DNA from: Phycisphaerales bacterium | GTDB taxonomy: Bacteria > Planctomycetota > Phycisphaerae > Phycisphaerales > UBA1924 | Direction: 5' to 3' | DNA length: 44,235 nt | Assembly (NCBI GenBank): GCA_021732675.1 | Contig: JAKFUN010000002.1 | Coordinates: forward strand, 1 to 44,235 | In this document: positions 8,319 through 18,373 of the stretch, in pieces | Position numbering within the stretch: the stretch's first letter is position 1 | Layout of the letters: each line of letters begins with the position of its first letter | The notes under the pieces: generated by a model | Databases searched by the model: none | Told to the model about the DNA's origin: nothing | Seen by the model: only the letters and a program-made list of their open reading frames with translations | Made by a program: the position numbers and the translations under genes

Positions 8319-10412
8319 ATGAAGATCCAGGCTGGTTTGACTGCGGTTGCTCTGGCGTGTCTGGCGGGTCAGGCTTCGGCGCAGGTAGTCATCGACGGGC
8401 GCAGCGGCCCGACCGACGGCTACGGCGCCCCCTTGTGGGTTCAGACCAACCCCACCGGGTTCGGCGACAACGTCGCTGGCGGCGTGGGCACCCCCGGCAA
8501 CCCCGCGGACGTGACGCGCGGGCTCGAAGTGGCGATTCCCTTCGCCAACCTGGGCAACATCTCCAGCGCTGCGGGCCTGAAGATCTCCGTCATGCTGATT
8601 CGCGACAGCGATCGGAGCATCTCCAACCAGGTCATCGACGGCCTGCCGACCTCCTTTGCCGCCACCCGTCTGGGCGATGCGCGCAACGTCAACTTCGGCG
8701 CCATCTCGGGGACGCAGACCCTCACGTTGAACCCGGCCGCCTCGCTCAGCGCCCCCACCATCGATGGCGTGCTCGACACCAACGGCTTCTGGACCGGCAG
8801 GCGGGTCTGGGTGCAGAACCTCCCCACCCAGGAAGGTGACAACAACAACACCGGCCAGGCTGGCAACGGCAGCGAGCTGGACAACCTCTACGTCACCACC
8901 TTCAACAACACCCTCTACCTCTTCTTGGGCGGGAACCTCCACGCCAACAACAAGATCGCCGTCTTTGTCGACGACACCGCCAGCGCGGGCCAGAATCGCC
9001 TCATCAACGGGAACAGCAACTGGAGCTTCGGGCTCTTGCAGCGCCTTGGCGCGGCGGCCGCGGGCGGCACCGACGGCATGACCTTCGAGTCCGGCTTTGA
9101 GCCTGATCGTGTCTTCTTCTTCGGCTCGGGCAACGCGACCTTGTACACCGACCACATCACCCTGCCCACCGACCCGGCGGCCACCCCCGGCGCCGGCACC
9201 TACCTCGGCAGCACCGCCAACGGCTCGGGCAACGCGACCCCCAGCGGGGGCTCGGGCGCCAACGTCACCAACTTCGCCGACATTCGCGCGGCTCTGAACA
9301 ACAGCAACGTCGCGGGCGTCAGCGCCTCGGCCAGCGGCACCGCCGCCCCGGATCGCGACGTCTCCACCGGCAGCGAGATCGACGCCGTCTACGGGCGCGT
9401 CGAGAACGGCGAGCTCTACCTGCTGCTCACCGGCAACATGGAAAACAACTTCAACAAGCTCTGTCTCTTCCTCGACGTCAACGGCAGCACCGACGGGCAG
9501 AACCAGCTCCGCGGCGACAACCTCAACGTCAGCTTCAACGGGCTCAACCGCATGGGCGCTGCCGGCAACGGCACCGTCGGCGCTGGCCAGGGCGTCAAGT
9601 TCGACTCTGACTTCGTTCCCAACTACGGGCTCTTCTACACCAACGGCAACAACCCCGTTGAAGCCTACATCGACGCCTTCGTCCTTCGCGCCAACGGCCC
9701 CACCGTCATCTCCGGCTTCCCCTTCGAGTACTCCGCCAGCGACGGCGGGGTGAAGTCCGACAACTTCCCGATCGATTTCCCCGCCAGCTACGCCGACTAC
9801 CAGGACTTCTCGCTCCTGCAGCTCCAGACCAACGGCGGGGCCCGGACCGTCACCGACTGGGCCAACACCCAGGGCGCGCCGAACCCCGGCCCCCAGTACA
9901 CCAACCTCCCCGCCAGCTTCGCCAACCTGATCGTCGGCGCCCTGGACAACAACAACGTGCTGGGCGTCACCGGCTCCTCCGCCGACGGCGCCGCCAGCGT
10001 CACCACCGGCCTTGAGCTCCGCATCAACCTCGCCGAAGCCGGCTGGGATGGCGCCTCGCCCATCAAGGTCGGCGGGTTCATCAACTCCGACGGCTTCGGG
10101 TTCGTCTCCAACCAAGTGATCGGCGGCCTCCCCGCCAACACCGACAACCTCGGCGAGCCGACCAACATCGACTTCTCCGCCATCGCCGGCCAGCAGTACG
10201 TGGTCGTCCCCACCTCCACCACCCCCGTCTGCGACCCCGACGTCAACCAGGACGGCAACGCCGACCAGGGCGACGTTGACTACATCATCAACGTCATCGC
10301 CGGTGGCGACAACCCCACCGGCATCGACCCTGACTTCAACCTCGACGGCAACGCCGACCAGGGCGACATCGACGCCCTCGTCAACGTCATCGCCGGCGGC
10401 GCCTGCCCGTAA
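8319..10412 (+). CDS. Secreted surface protein with internal repeats and C-terminal GC-type dockerin-like domain
   Basis: RBS GGGAGAG; signal peptide [22 protein letters not shown]; Asn/Gly/Asp-rich body; two [12 protein letters not shown] repeats; ends GACP. Confidence 0.9.
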   Translation: MKIQAGLTAVALACLAGQASAQVVIDGRSGPTDGYGAPLWVQTNPTGFGDNVAGGVGTPGNPADVTRGLEVAIPFANLGNISSAAGLKISVMLIRDSDRSISNQVIDGLPTSFAATRLGDARNVNFGAISGTQTLTLNPAASLSAPTIDGVLDTNGFWTGRRVWVQNLPTQEGDNNNTGQAGNGSELDNLYVTTFNNTLYLFLGGNLHANNKIAVFVDDTASAGQNRLINGNSNWSFGLLQRLGAAAAGGTDGMTFESGFEPDRVFFFGSGNATLYTDHITLPTDPAATPGAGTYLGSTANGSGNATPSGGSGANVTNFADIRAALNNSNVAGVSASASGTAAPDRDVSTGSEIDAVYGRVENGELYLLLTGNMENNFNKLCLFLDVNGSTDGQNQLRGDNLNVSFNGLNRMGAAGNGTVGAGQGVKFDSDFVPNYGLFYTNGNNPVEAYIDAFVLRANGPTVISGFPFEYSASDGGVKSDNFPIDFPASYADYQDFSLLQLQTNGGARTVTDWANTQGAPNPGPQYTNLPASFANLIVGALDNNNVLGVTGSSADGAASVTTGLELRINLAEAGWDGASPIKVGGFINSDGFGFVSNQVIGGLPANTDNLGEPTNIDFSAIAGQQYVVVPTSTTPVCDPDVNQDGNADQGDVDYIINVIAGGDNPTGIDPDFNLDGNADQGDIDALVNVIAGGACP
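10233..10400 (+). repeat. Duplicated EF-hand-like dockerin repeat (93-nt period)
   Basis: [25 protein letters not shown] and [25 protein letters not shown]. Confidence 0.9.
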
Positions 10413-10474
10413 GAGCATGTGCTAGGCACCGGGCCTCAACGCCCGAGTTCCACAGCTTCGGATCGTCTACTCAC

Positions 10475-10505
10475 AAACCCCACGCCCACGCGTGGGGTTT
10501 TTTTT
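10475..10505 (+). terminator. Intrinsic terminator
   Basis: AAACCCCACGC-ccac-GCGTGGGGTTT followed by TTTTT. Confidence 0.9.
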
Positions 10506-10595
10506 CGCGCCCGCTACGGCTCAATGTTCGGATTGCGCGAAGCCTCGGGCAACTCCCTCCCAAAGGCATACGGAGGGCTCTACCATCGCGGCATC

Positions 10596-12236
10596 ATGAA
10601 CCTCAACTGCTTTGTCGTCGGATTTTCGGCTGCCTTGGCTCTCTTCGCCGGTACCCCCGGCTCGCTCGCTCAAGCGCCGGCCCAAAGCCCCACGACGCGG
10701 GTGGTCATCATGGTGTGGGACGGCATGCGTCCGGACTTCGCCCGCCCCGAACTGGCACCCAACCTCTGCGCGCTGGCCGATCGGGGCGTCCGGTTCCAGA
10801 ACAACCACTCGGCGTACATCACCTCGACCGAGGTGAACGGGGCCGCGTTGGCGACCGGAGCCTTTCCGGGCATTAACGGGATTGTCGCCAATCGCGAGTA
10901 TCTTCCCAAGGTTTTCCCTGGCCGTCCGGTGAACACTCAGGATCTGATGGTCATTGACCTTAACGACAAGCTGACCGGGGGGAATCATGTGCGGGTCAAG
11001 ACCCTTCCCGAGCTCGTCCGGGCCGGGGGGCGAAAGACCGCAGTCGCGACCTCGAAAAAGGTGGGATTTCTGTGGGATCGCACGCTCGACGAGGCTGCGC
11101 GGGATGGGTGCATCACGCTGGCCGAGGGTGGGACGATTCCGGAAGGGGCGATCGACGGTCTTGTCAAGGCCCTGGGCGGGAGCATGAAGACCCTGGACGA
11201 TCACAAGCCCGGACGCCTCTCCGATGATCGCTGGACCACTCGGGCCCTGACCGAAGTGCTGTGGAAGGACGAAGTGCCCGCGCTCTCAGTCTTGTGGATG
11301 GCCGAGCCCGACTTCTCGCAGCATCAGTTCGGGCCCGGCACCCCGGAGGCGCTGGTGGCCATTCGCAACTCCGACGAGTGCCTGGGCATCGTCGTGAGCA
11401 CGCTGGAAAAGAAGGGCCTCCTCGAAACCACCAACATCCTGGTGGTCTCGGACCACGCCTTTTCGACCGTGTCACAGGGCTTTTCGCCCGTGAAGGTGGC
11501 CCAAAGCGCCGGGTTTGACGCGGTCGACCAGCTCCCCGAAGGCAAGACCCTGGCCAAAGGTCAGATCATGATCTCGGCCAACGGCGGGTCGGTTTGCTAC
11601 TACGTCGGAGAGAAAGACCCGGAGACGATCGCCAAGTTCACCAAGTACTTGCAAGGGACCGACTATGCCGGCGTGATCTTCACGAGCACCGGCGAGCCGG
11701 GGACGTTTCGCCTGGGCGAGGCATTCCTCGACGCCCCGGACGCGCCCGAGATTCTGGTCTCGATGAACTGGAGCGAGGAAAAGAGCGACAACGGGACGCC
11801 CGGAATGGTGGTCTCGGAGGGGCGCCCGCGTGGGGAAGGGATGCACGCGACGCTGAGCCCGTTTGACACGCACAACACGCTGATCGCCGCGGGCCCACAC
11901 TTTCGGGTGGGGGTGGAGAGCGAGCTGCCCAGCGCCAACATCGATGTGGCCCCGACCGTGTGCGCGATTTTGGGCGTCAAGCCCGACCCGCGGCAGACCG
12001 GGCGGGTGCTGGCCGAGGCGCTGAAGGGAATGGCCTTGCCGGGCCTCACGCCCAGCACCTCGACGATCGTCTCCGAGGCTGGTCCTTGGAAGCAGTATCT
12101 GACCCGGACCACGCTGGGCAAGCACACGTACATCGACCAGGGGGGGCGTGGCACCACCCCCAAGAACGTCGGCCCGGCGCCGGTGACAAGCAACAGGCCC
12201 GTAAAAGATCCCGCGACCGGCCCGGCGTCGAAGTAG
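10596..12236 (+). CDS. Alkaline phosphatase superfamily protein (type I phosphodiesterase/nucleotide pyrophosphatase)
   Basis: Signal peptide; motifs VWDGMRPD, TSTEVNGAALATG, EPDFSQH, VSDH, GMHA and NIDVAPT. Start taken at ATG 10596. Confidence 0.88.
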   Translation: MNLNCFVVGFSAALALFAGTPGSLAQAPAQSPTTRVVIMVWDGMRPDFARPELAPNLCALADRGVRFQNNHSAYITSTEVNGAALATGAFPGINGIVANREYLPKVFPGRPVNTQDLMVIDLNDKLTGGNHVRVKTLPELVRAGGRKTAVATSKKVGFLWDRTLDEAARDGCITLAEGGTIPEGAIDGLVKALGGSMKTLDDHKPGRLSDDRWTTRALTEVLWKDEVPALSVLWMAEPDFSQHQFGPGTPEALVAIRNSDECLGIVVSTLEKKGLLETTNILVVSDHAFSTVSQGFSPVKVAQSAGFDAVDQLPEGKTLAKGQIMISANGGSVCYYVGEKDPETIAKFTKYLQGTDYAGVIFTSTGEPGTFRLGEAFLDAPDAPEILVSMNWSEEKSDNGTPGMVVSEGRPRGEGMHATLSPFDTHNTLIAAGPHFRVGVESELPSANIDVAPTVCAILGVKPDPRQTGRVLAEALKGMALPGLTPSTSTIVSEAGPWKQYLTRTTLGKHTYIDQGGRGTTPKNVGPAPVTSNRPVKDPATGPASK

Positions 12237-12405
12237 CGATATCTCGGCTTGACTCGGCCCGAGAAGGCACCGAAGAAGCGGGAGGATTGGCGGGCCGCCA
12301 GGGGGAGCCAAGGGCCCCCCAAGAAGCACGAGATCCAAATTGGGTGGGCCTGCGCCGGGGCGTAGAGCCCGGTGCGCGGCCAGCAAAGGCGAAACCCGCG
12401 GCTGG

Positions 12406-12876
12406 CTAGATGATCTCGACGATTTTGAAGAGCTTGACGCCGCGCGGGGCGCTGACGCGAATCACGTCACCCACGTGGGTTTTGAGAAGTGCCTCGCCCA
12501 TGGGGCTGGTGGCGGTCACCTCGACGTAGTCGTCCGGCTGGATGGGGCTGGCCTCGCCGACGAGCTTGTAGAGGTCTTCGTCGCCACTGGCCTCCTCGCG
12601 AAGTCGCACGGTAGAGCCAAGGAAGACGACGCCCTCGACGGCCTTGGCCATCTTCTCATCGATGACGGACATGTTGGAGAGGCGTTCCTGCAGGCGGCGA
12701 ATGTCGGCCTCTTCCATGCCCTGCTGCTCGCGGGCAGCGTGGTAGTCGCCGTTTTCTTTCAGGTCGCCCAAGGCGCGGGCCTCGGCGATTCGCAGCGAAA
12801 GAGCAGCGCGATTGTTCACCAGCGCGGCCAGCCTGGCCTCGAGCATCTCTTTTTCGGCCTTCGTCACCAGTTCCAT
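12406..12876 (-). CDS. greA: Transcription elongation factor GreA/GreB family
   Basis: Motifs EARALGDLKENGDYHAAREQQ and SPMGEALL; 156 aa from ATG 12876. Confidence 0.92.
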   Translation of the reverse strand: MELVTKAEKEMLEARLAALVNNRAALSLRIAEARALGDLKENGDYHAAREQQGMEEADIRRLQERLSNMSVIDEKMAKAVEGVVFLGSTVRLREEASGDEDLYKLVGEASPIQPDDYVEVTATSPMGEALLKTHVGDVIRVSAPRGVKLFKIVEII

Positions 12877-12971
12877 CGGTTCGCTCCGCGAATGAAAAAC
12901 CCTACGCCCTGAGCCGTCGCCCGGGCAGCCACGACACGCGGCGCCGCCGACCTGCGGTTTCTTCGATGAAT

Positions 12972-13790
12972 CTAGGCGGGACGATGCGAAGAAGCCAATG
13001 CGAGCCCCCATACAAAGACCGCAAATGCTCCGATGACCGCGCCGGCGATCCAGTGCTCCGGGGCGACTGCCGTCGCAAATCCCGTCCATGAACGGTCGCG
13101 CACGATCTCCCAGGCACTGGTCATGGGCGAACTGAGCTGCCACACGTCAACTCGCTGGTCGGGGGTGAGGGTGGGCCGGCGAAGCAACATCCCCACGCAA
13201 GGCCCGACGAGGCAGAGCCCCGCGAAGATCAACATCAGGCCCGCGCGCGAGGTCGCGGGGTGAGTTCGAAGTCGCTCCAGCATGATGGCCAGCACCCCGG
13301 CAATCAGAATGGTCCACGCCAGCAGATTTACCGAGAGGGCCGCCACGGGCGGAAGCGGGAAGGCCGCCATCCAAGGCAGACACTGGGGCCAGGTCATCGC
13401 CTGGATCGGGGCGGCGATCACAAAGATGTCCTGGAACATCGACACGCGAGGACGAGCCGGGGCCTCCTGACTCAGCCTTACCATCGGCCAGAGCAGCCCG
13501 ACCGCTGCCCCGATGAGGCAGAGCATGATTCGCGCCCCGGCACGATAGACGTCGATACTCACCAGCCCGGTGGCCCCGGCCCCGCCAATGCTCACCACCG
13601 CCGCGACGAACAAAAGCACGATCCAGCCCGCGGCAAAGGTGCGGGGTTCGCCCCGCCGATGGGCCCATGGGTCTGGCCGTTCGCGCTTCGTCGATTCAGG
13701 TGCCTGGATCCCGGTCTGGCTCGGCGCGGCATCTTCTTGATGACCACCCATGGCGAGGATCGGGGGGGACAGGTCCGGGTCGTTGCTCAT
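12972..13790 (-). CDS. Hypothetical polytopic membrane protein
   Basis: About 6-7 hydrophobic segments; ATGA overlap with the upstream ftsQ-like gene (13787-13790); no family recognised. Confidence 0.75.
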   Translation of the reverse strand: MSNDPDLSPPILAMGGHQEDAAPSQTGIQAPESTKRERPDPWAHRRGEPRTFAAGWIVLLFVAAVVSIGGAGATGLVSIDVYRAGARIMLCLIGAAVGLLWPMVRLSQEAPARPRVSMFQDIFVIAAPIQAMTWPQCLPWMAAFPLPPVAALSVNLLAWTILIAGVLAIMLERLRTHPATSRAGLMLIFAGLCLVGPCVGMLLRRPTLTPDQRVDVWQLSSPMTSAWEIVRDRSWTGFATAVAPEHWIAGAVIGAFAVFVWGLALASSHRPA

Positions 13791-14740
13791 GGCGTGCCTG
13801 GGATCGGTTCTGACTCTTCCGCCGAAGCCGCCTGGGCCTTGGCGCTGGCCGAGGTATCAAACTGCAAGCGACTGGAGTTCACATAAATCAGCGGGTAGCC
13901 CCCGTCGATCCGCTTGTGGTCGGTCTGAAGCTGGGCCAGATAGGCGAGCTTTTGGCGGGTCGTCACCTCTCCCACCCGGGGCTTGCTTGGTCGCCCGCCC
14001 CAGATGATCCGCGATGCGTTTCGAGTCAGAATCGCCAAGCTCCCATCGCGGCTGTACCCCGACGCCTCCACCCCTTGCACCTGAGCTGCCCAAGGCTGAC
14101 GCACCAGCAGTCCCAGCAACTCGATCGACGCCGCGACATCTTCGCCCGCCCACTGAGTCTGGTAGTCACGTTGCCCGCTGCGTAAAGACGGCGCGCCCAA
14201 AGCCGGGTCAAGAATCACCGGCAATCGCGACTCCCCTGGGTCGTACACCGCGGGCATCAGCTTGCCATCCCAGGAGATCATGTGGTCCTTGCCATCCTTG
14301 CGCACCACGGCGGCCGGAACGCGAAACACTCCCTCGACGGTCGCGCCGCCTTTGGTGTCGCGCGTCACTCTCGGGGGTGACTCAAACCACCCCGTGTCGA
14401 AGAGCGCATCCGAGACGCGCGCCAGCGGAGCCGCGTCGTAGACCTCCGGCCGAGGCCCGGCGGCCTCCATCGCGATCTGCATCAACTGCTCCTGGTGCGA
14501 CGGGGCCAGCCACGTCCCCCCCCGCCCGCCGGCCATGGCGGGCCAAACAAATGTGAGCTTGAGCGGGCCCCGGGTCTGGACAGCCGCGGCTCTGGCTTCC
14601 AGCGGCTTCATGCCCAGAATCGCGCCAACCAGCAAACCCAGCCCCAGCACAAGCACCGTGAAGCTGGAGAGGTTTCTGACAAACGCGCCCCACTGAAAGG
14701 GCGGCTTCTTCTGCTTCGTGCTTTGCGAGGCCTTGGCCAT
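13787..14740 (-). CDS. FtsQ/DivIB-like bitopic membrane protein
   Basis: Basic N-terminus, one TM segment, POTRA-like segment (GWFESPPRVTR...FRVPAAVVR) and IIWG...KLAYL. It lies directly after ddl, the canonical ftsQ position. Confidence 0.65.
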   Translation of the reverse strand: MAKASQSTKQKKPPFQWGAFVRNLSSFTVLVLGLGLLVGAILGMKPLEARAAAVQTRGPLKLTFVWPAMAGGRGGTWLAPSHQEQLMQIAMEAAGPRPEVYDAAPLARVSDALFDTGWFESPPRVTRDTKGGATVEGVFRVPAAVVRKDGKDHMISWDGKLMPAVYDPGESRLPVILDPALGAPSLRSGQRDYQTQWAGEDVAASIELLGLLVRQPWAAQVQGVEASGYSRDGSLAILTRNASRIIWGGRPSKPRVGEVTTRQKLAYLAQLQTDHKRIDGGYPLIYVNSSRLQFDTSASAKAQAASAEESEPIPGTP

Positions 14741-14827
14741 GGTTCATCCTTGAACTACTGCGAACTGCGGAGTTGCTTCCTCGTATCGAGTTGGGGTGGC
14801 ATCGCTCTCCAGAGCGGGGTCCGAGAC

Positions 14828-15757
14828 TCAACCTCGTGCGGCATCCCTTACGGCGCATTCTACGAGGCACTGGGCGAGGGCCGCGAATGGGAGGCCCGCG
14901 TGCGCCGCGGCCATCGGTAGCAGCGAATGCCCCGTGAACCCGGGCATCGTGTTCACCTCCAGCAACCACGGCTCGCCTTCGCGGCTCAACAGAAAATCCA
15001 CGCGGCACAGGTGCCGAACCCCGATGGCGACAGCAAGGGCCCGGGCCTGCTGCTGGAGACGCTCCTTCAGCCCCGGCGCCAAAGGTGGATCGACCTCGTA
15101 CTTCGTATCGTCACTGTGATACTTGGCGTGATAATCGTAAAACTCGCTCTTGGGGCGAATGCGGATCGGGGCCAGAGGCGTGCCGTCGAGGATGCCCACG
15201 GTGAGTTCTGCCCCACCCAGCACCGCGCCTTCAACCATGTACGAACGCTGCGGGTGGGCCTTGATGTCGGCGGTCGCCGCGAGCACGGCGGCCTCCCACT
15301 GCGCGGGCGTCGTGCAGATATGAACACCCACGCTTGAACCTTCGTGAATCGGCTTGAGCACCACCGGAAGAGGCAGCGGGCAGGCCAGGTCACGCGGATT
15401 GAAGACTCTCGCAGGGGTCGTCGGCACTCCCACCCCCAGCCCCGCAAGCTTGGATCCGATCTTGTCCATCGCGGCCCGGGCGGCAAACGCGCGGCACCCA
15501 ACGTATGGGCGACCATCCTGCTCCATCAGGTCTTGCAGTGGGCCCCCCTCGCCGAACGGGCCGTGCAACGCCGGAAAAATGACGTCGCCGGGCAGGGCAC
15601 GCAGGGTTGCCAAATCGATCGCCCCGATCACCTCACGATGAACGCGGTGACCCGGAAGCGTGGCGAGGGCCTCGGCGACGCAGCGCGAGGATTCGAGCGA
15701 GACTTCGCGCTCGGCGTCGGGTCCGCCGCCCAAGACCAGCACATGCCGCGGATTCAC
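14828..15757 (-). CDS. ddl: D-alanine--D-alanine ligase
   Basis: Motifs GGPDAEREVSLES, ALHGPFGEGG, KPIHEGSSVG, FYDYHAKY and LEVNTMPGFTGHSLLP. Confidence 0.96.
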   Translation of the reverse strand: MNPRHVLVLGGGPDAEREVSLESSRCVAEALATLPGHRVHREVIGAIDLATLRALPGDVIFPALHGPFGEGGPLQDLMEQDGRPYVGCRAFAARAAMDKIGSKLAGLGVGVPTTPARVFNPRDLACPLPLPVVLKPIHEGSSVGVHICTTPAQWEAAVLAATADIKAHPQRSYMVEGAVLGGAELTVGILDGTPLAPIRIRPKSEFYDYHAKYHSDDTKYEVDPPLAPGLKERLQQQARALAVAIGVRHLCRVDFLLSREGEPWLLEVNTMPGFTGHSLLPMAAAHAGLPFAALAQCLVECAVRDAARG

Positions 15758-16668
15758 GCTCGCCTCCAGATGACGACCTCGGGTTGAAGCCTCACGCCAA
15801 AGGTGTCGTGAACACGCCGCGTGATCTCGGCGATGAGGTCGATCACATCGCGTGCCTTGGCGCCGGCGTCAGTGACCAGAAAGTTGGCGTGCCGGGGGCT
15901 GACGCTGGCTCCGCCGACGCGCAAACCCTTGAGCCCGGCCCGATCGATGAGCATCCCGGCGGAGACTCGCTTGCCCGGTTCGCCGATGTCGCCCTGTGCG
16001 TCGCGAACAGTCCGGTCGAGCGTGGGGTTCTTAAAGCAGCACCCTGCGGAGTTCTCGGCCATCGGCTGGCTATTTTTCTTGTAGGCCATGACCTCTTTGA
16101 GCTTGTCGCGAAGCGCCGCCGGGTCGGCAGGGGGGAGCGAAAGCTCGGCGCCGACCAGGATGAGGTCCGCAAGCCCGCTGTGCCGATACCCAAACGGGAT
16201 GGCCGCCCGCTCCAGCGTGACTTCGCGTCCGTCCCGCGAAACCGCGTGCACGCGCAGCACGCAATCCGCGATCTGCCCGAAGGCCCCGCCGGCGTTCATG
16301 ACGAGCGCCCCGCCGATGGTGGCGGGGATGCCCCCCAGGCCTTCGATGCCGGCCCGCCCGCGCCGAACCGCGTCGACGATCAGCTTGGGAAGGTCCACTC
16401 CCGCGCCGACACGCACGACCTCGGCTCCCCACTGGGTACCCTGAAACGCTGGGGACGCGAGCGAGACCACCAGCTCCCCGACGCCGTCATCATCGACCAG
16501 GAGATTGGCCCCGGCCCCCAACACTCGCAGGCCCGGATCGATTCGCACACACGCGAGCAACTCGGCTTGGTCGCGGGGCGTGGCGAGCTGGTCCGCCCCG
16601 CCACCGACGCCGAACCAGGTAGGAATCGGGGCGTGATGGACGATCGGGATGGTCATGGTGGTCATCAT
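15754..16668 (-). CDS. murB: UDP-N-acetylenolpyruvoylglucosamine reductase
   Basis: Motifs LGAGANLLV, GIPATIGGALVMNAG, FGYRHS, SAGCCFKNP, HANF and LQPEV. Confidence 0.96.
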   Translation of the reverse strand: MMTTMTIPIVHHAPIPTWFGVGGGADQLATPRDQAELLACVRIDPGLRVLGAGANLLVDDDGVGELVVSLASPAFQGTQWGAEVVRVGAGVDLPKLIVDAVRRGRAGIEGLGGIPATIGGALVMNAGGAFGQIADCVLRVHAVSRDGREVTLERAAIPFGYRHSGLADLILVGAELSLPPADPAALRDKLKEVMAYKKNSQPMAENSAGCCFKNPTLDRTVRDAQGDIGEPGKRVSAGMLIDRAGLKGLRVGGASVSPRHANFLVTDAGAKARDVIDLIAEITRRVHDTFGVRLQPEVVIWRRA

Positions 16669-16717
16669 GGTTGGTCACGGAGTGTTGCGGCTGCCGGTGG
16701 ATGGAGCAAAGTGTGCC

Positions 16718-18280
16718 TCAGGCCTGCCCCAGATACCCCTTCGCGATTTTCCACACCGGCCCCGCGCCCATGCACACCAGCACGTCTCCCGGGCGGCACA
16801 GGTTCTCAAGCTGCTCCACGATCGCCTCGAACGGATACAGGTGCATCGCCCGAATCCCCTTCTCGCGAAGCCGGTCCACCAGGTCGCCCGCCGTAACTTT
16901 CTGCTTCTCCGCCTCGCTATCGCGCACAAAGTAAATATGCGGCACGATCACCACGTCCGCCTGCGAAAAACTGCTGGCGAACTCTTCCATCAAATGCCTC
17001 GTGCGGCTGTGCTGATGGGGCTGAAAGACACACACCAGGCGCCCTTGGCGGGTCTGGGGCTGTTCCGCCTCGCGAAGCGCCCGCAGCGTGACATCAATCT
17101 CCGTCGGGTGGTGCCCGTAGTCGTCATAGACCCGCACCCCCCCGCCCGCGAGCGGCTTTTCTCCCAAGAACTGCATGCGGCGATCGATCCCCGCAAAGCC
17201 CGAGAGAGACTCGGCAATCTGAAACGGGTCGGCCCCGGCCCAGGTCGCCAACACCAGCGCCGTCGCCGCGTTCATGGCGTTGTGCGAACCCGGCAGCCTC
17301 ATCAGCCAGGCGGCAAAGACCTTCTGCCCCCGCGAAAGCGTCACCCGACGCGACGTCGCCTCATACTCCACATGCCAGTCGGCCTGCGGCGAAAAACCGA
17401 TCGTCTCCACCAGGCAATCAACCCCCGCCGTCACCTCGCGCCGATGAGCGTTGTCGTGCGCGATCAGCAGCTTGCCCCCGGACTTCGCCGCGGGAATCAA
17501 CGCGGCGAACTCATGGAAGGCCTCCACCACCGCGTCCAGCGTCCCGTACACATCCAGATGATCCGCCTCGACCGACGAAATGCAGGCAATCGTCGGCCTG
17601 AGATTGTGAAAAGAGCGATTGAACTCGCACGACTCGGCCACCAGCAGCCCCGGCCCCCCCAGCAGCGCCCCGGCCGGAATCGCCGGCGACCCCAGCCGAA
17701 AACCCGTCGGCTCTCCCAGCGGGGCCTTGCACCCCAGCGAAAGCTGATTGGACGTCGCCCCGACGATCACCGTCGGGTCCAGCCCCGCGTCGGCCAGCGC
17801 ACACCCCAGCATCGCCGTCGTCGTGCTCTTCCCGTGCGTTCCCGCCACGCACACCCCGGTGCGCCCAGACATGCACATCCCCAGCGCTTCGGCATAGAGC
17901 ATCGCCGGAATCGCCCGCGCGGTCGCTTCCAGCATCTGCGGGTGGTCGGCCCGGACTGCCGCCGACGCGATCACCAGATCGCAGCGCTCGGGCAGCCACT
18001 GCCGAGCCTGGTCAAACCCGATCTCCATCCCCTGCCGGCCCAGCGCCTGGGTCGCTTCTGAAGGTTCGCGATCCGACCCGCTGACGATCGCCCCGCGCCC
18101 AGCCAGCATCCGGGCCAGGCCCGACATGCCCGACCCGCCGATCCCGATTAGGTAGACATGCTTGCCCGAGGCCTCGAACGCGGGCGAGGGAGCCATCGAG
18201 TTTTTGGGCCGGACGGGCATCTCCGAGGATATGGACTTCGAAGCCGCGGCTGACGTTTGGCGGAGTGGAGCAATGGTCAT
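16718..18280 (-). CDS. murC: UDP-N-acetylmuramate--L-alanine ligase
   Basis: Motifs IGIGGSGMSGLA, GTHGKSTTT, VEADHLD and DDYGHHPTEI. Start uncertain (18280, 18220 or 18196). Confidence 0.95.
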   Translation of the reverse strand: MTIAPLRQTSAAASKSISSEMPVRPKNSMAPSPAFEASGKHVYLIGIGGSGMSGLARMLAGRGAIVSGSDREPSEATQALGRQGMEIGFDQARQWLPERCDLVIASAAVRADHPQMLEATARAIPAMLYAEALGMCMSGRTGVCVAGTHGKSTTTAMLGCALADAGLDPTVIVGATSNQLSLGCKAPLGEPTGFRLGSPAIPAGALLGGPGLLVAESCEFNRSFHNLRPTIACISSVEADHLDVYGTLDAVVEAFHEFAALIPAAKSGGKLLIAHDNAHRREVTAGVDCLVETIGFSPQADWHVEYEATSRRVTLSRGQKVFAAWLMRLPGSHNAMNAATALVLATWAGADPFQIAESLSGFAGIDRRMQFLGEKPLAGGGVRVYDDYGHHPTEIDVTLRALREAEQPQTRQGRLVCVFQPHQHSRTRHLMEEFASSFSQADVVIVPHIYFVRDSEAEKQKVTAGDLVDRLREKGIRAMHLYPFEAIVEQLENLCRPGDVLVCMGAGPVWKIAKGYLGQA

Positions 18281-18373
18281 CGCGCCCAATATCGGGCAAC
18301 CCAAGGCTCGGACGTGAGCCGGCGATACGCTTCCTGGATGTCATCCCACGCCCTCGCCGGTTCCCTTCCCGAC

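Noticed and set aside
7827-10418. 1180-aa minus-strand ORF 6876..10418 as one giant protein
   Set aside because: Its 5' part is the antisense shadow of the codon-biased dockerin gene plus spacer. Only the segment from ATG 7826 has family motifs, and prepilin leaders are short.
12237-12405. GC-rich intergenic stretch as a tRNA or ncRNA
   Set aside because: No cloverleaf or T-loop consensus and no known RNA motif could be built; only weak hairpins lie between convergent genes.
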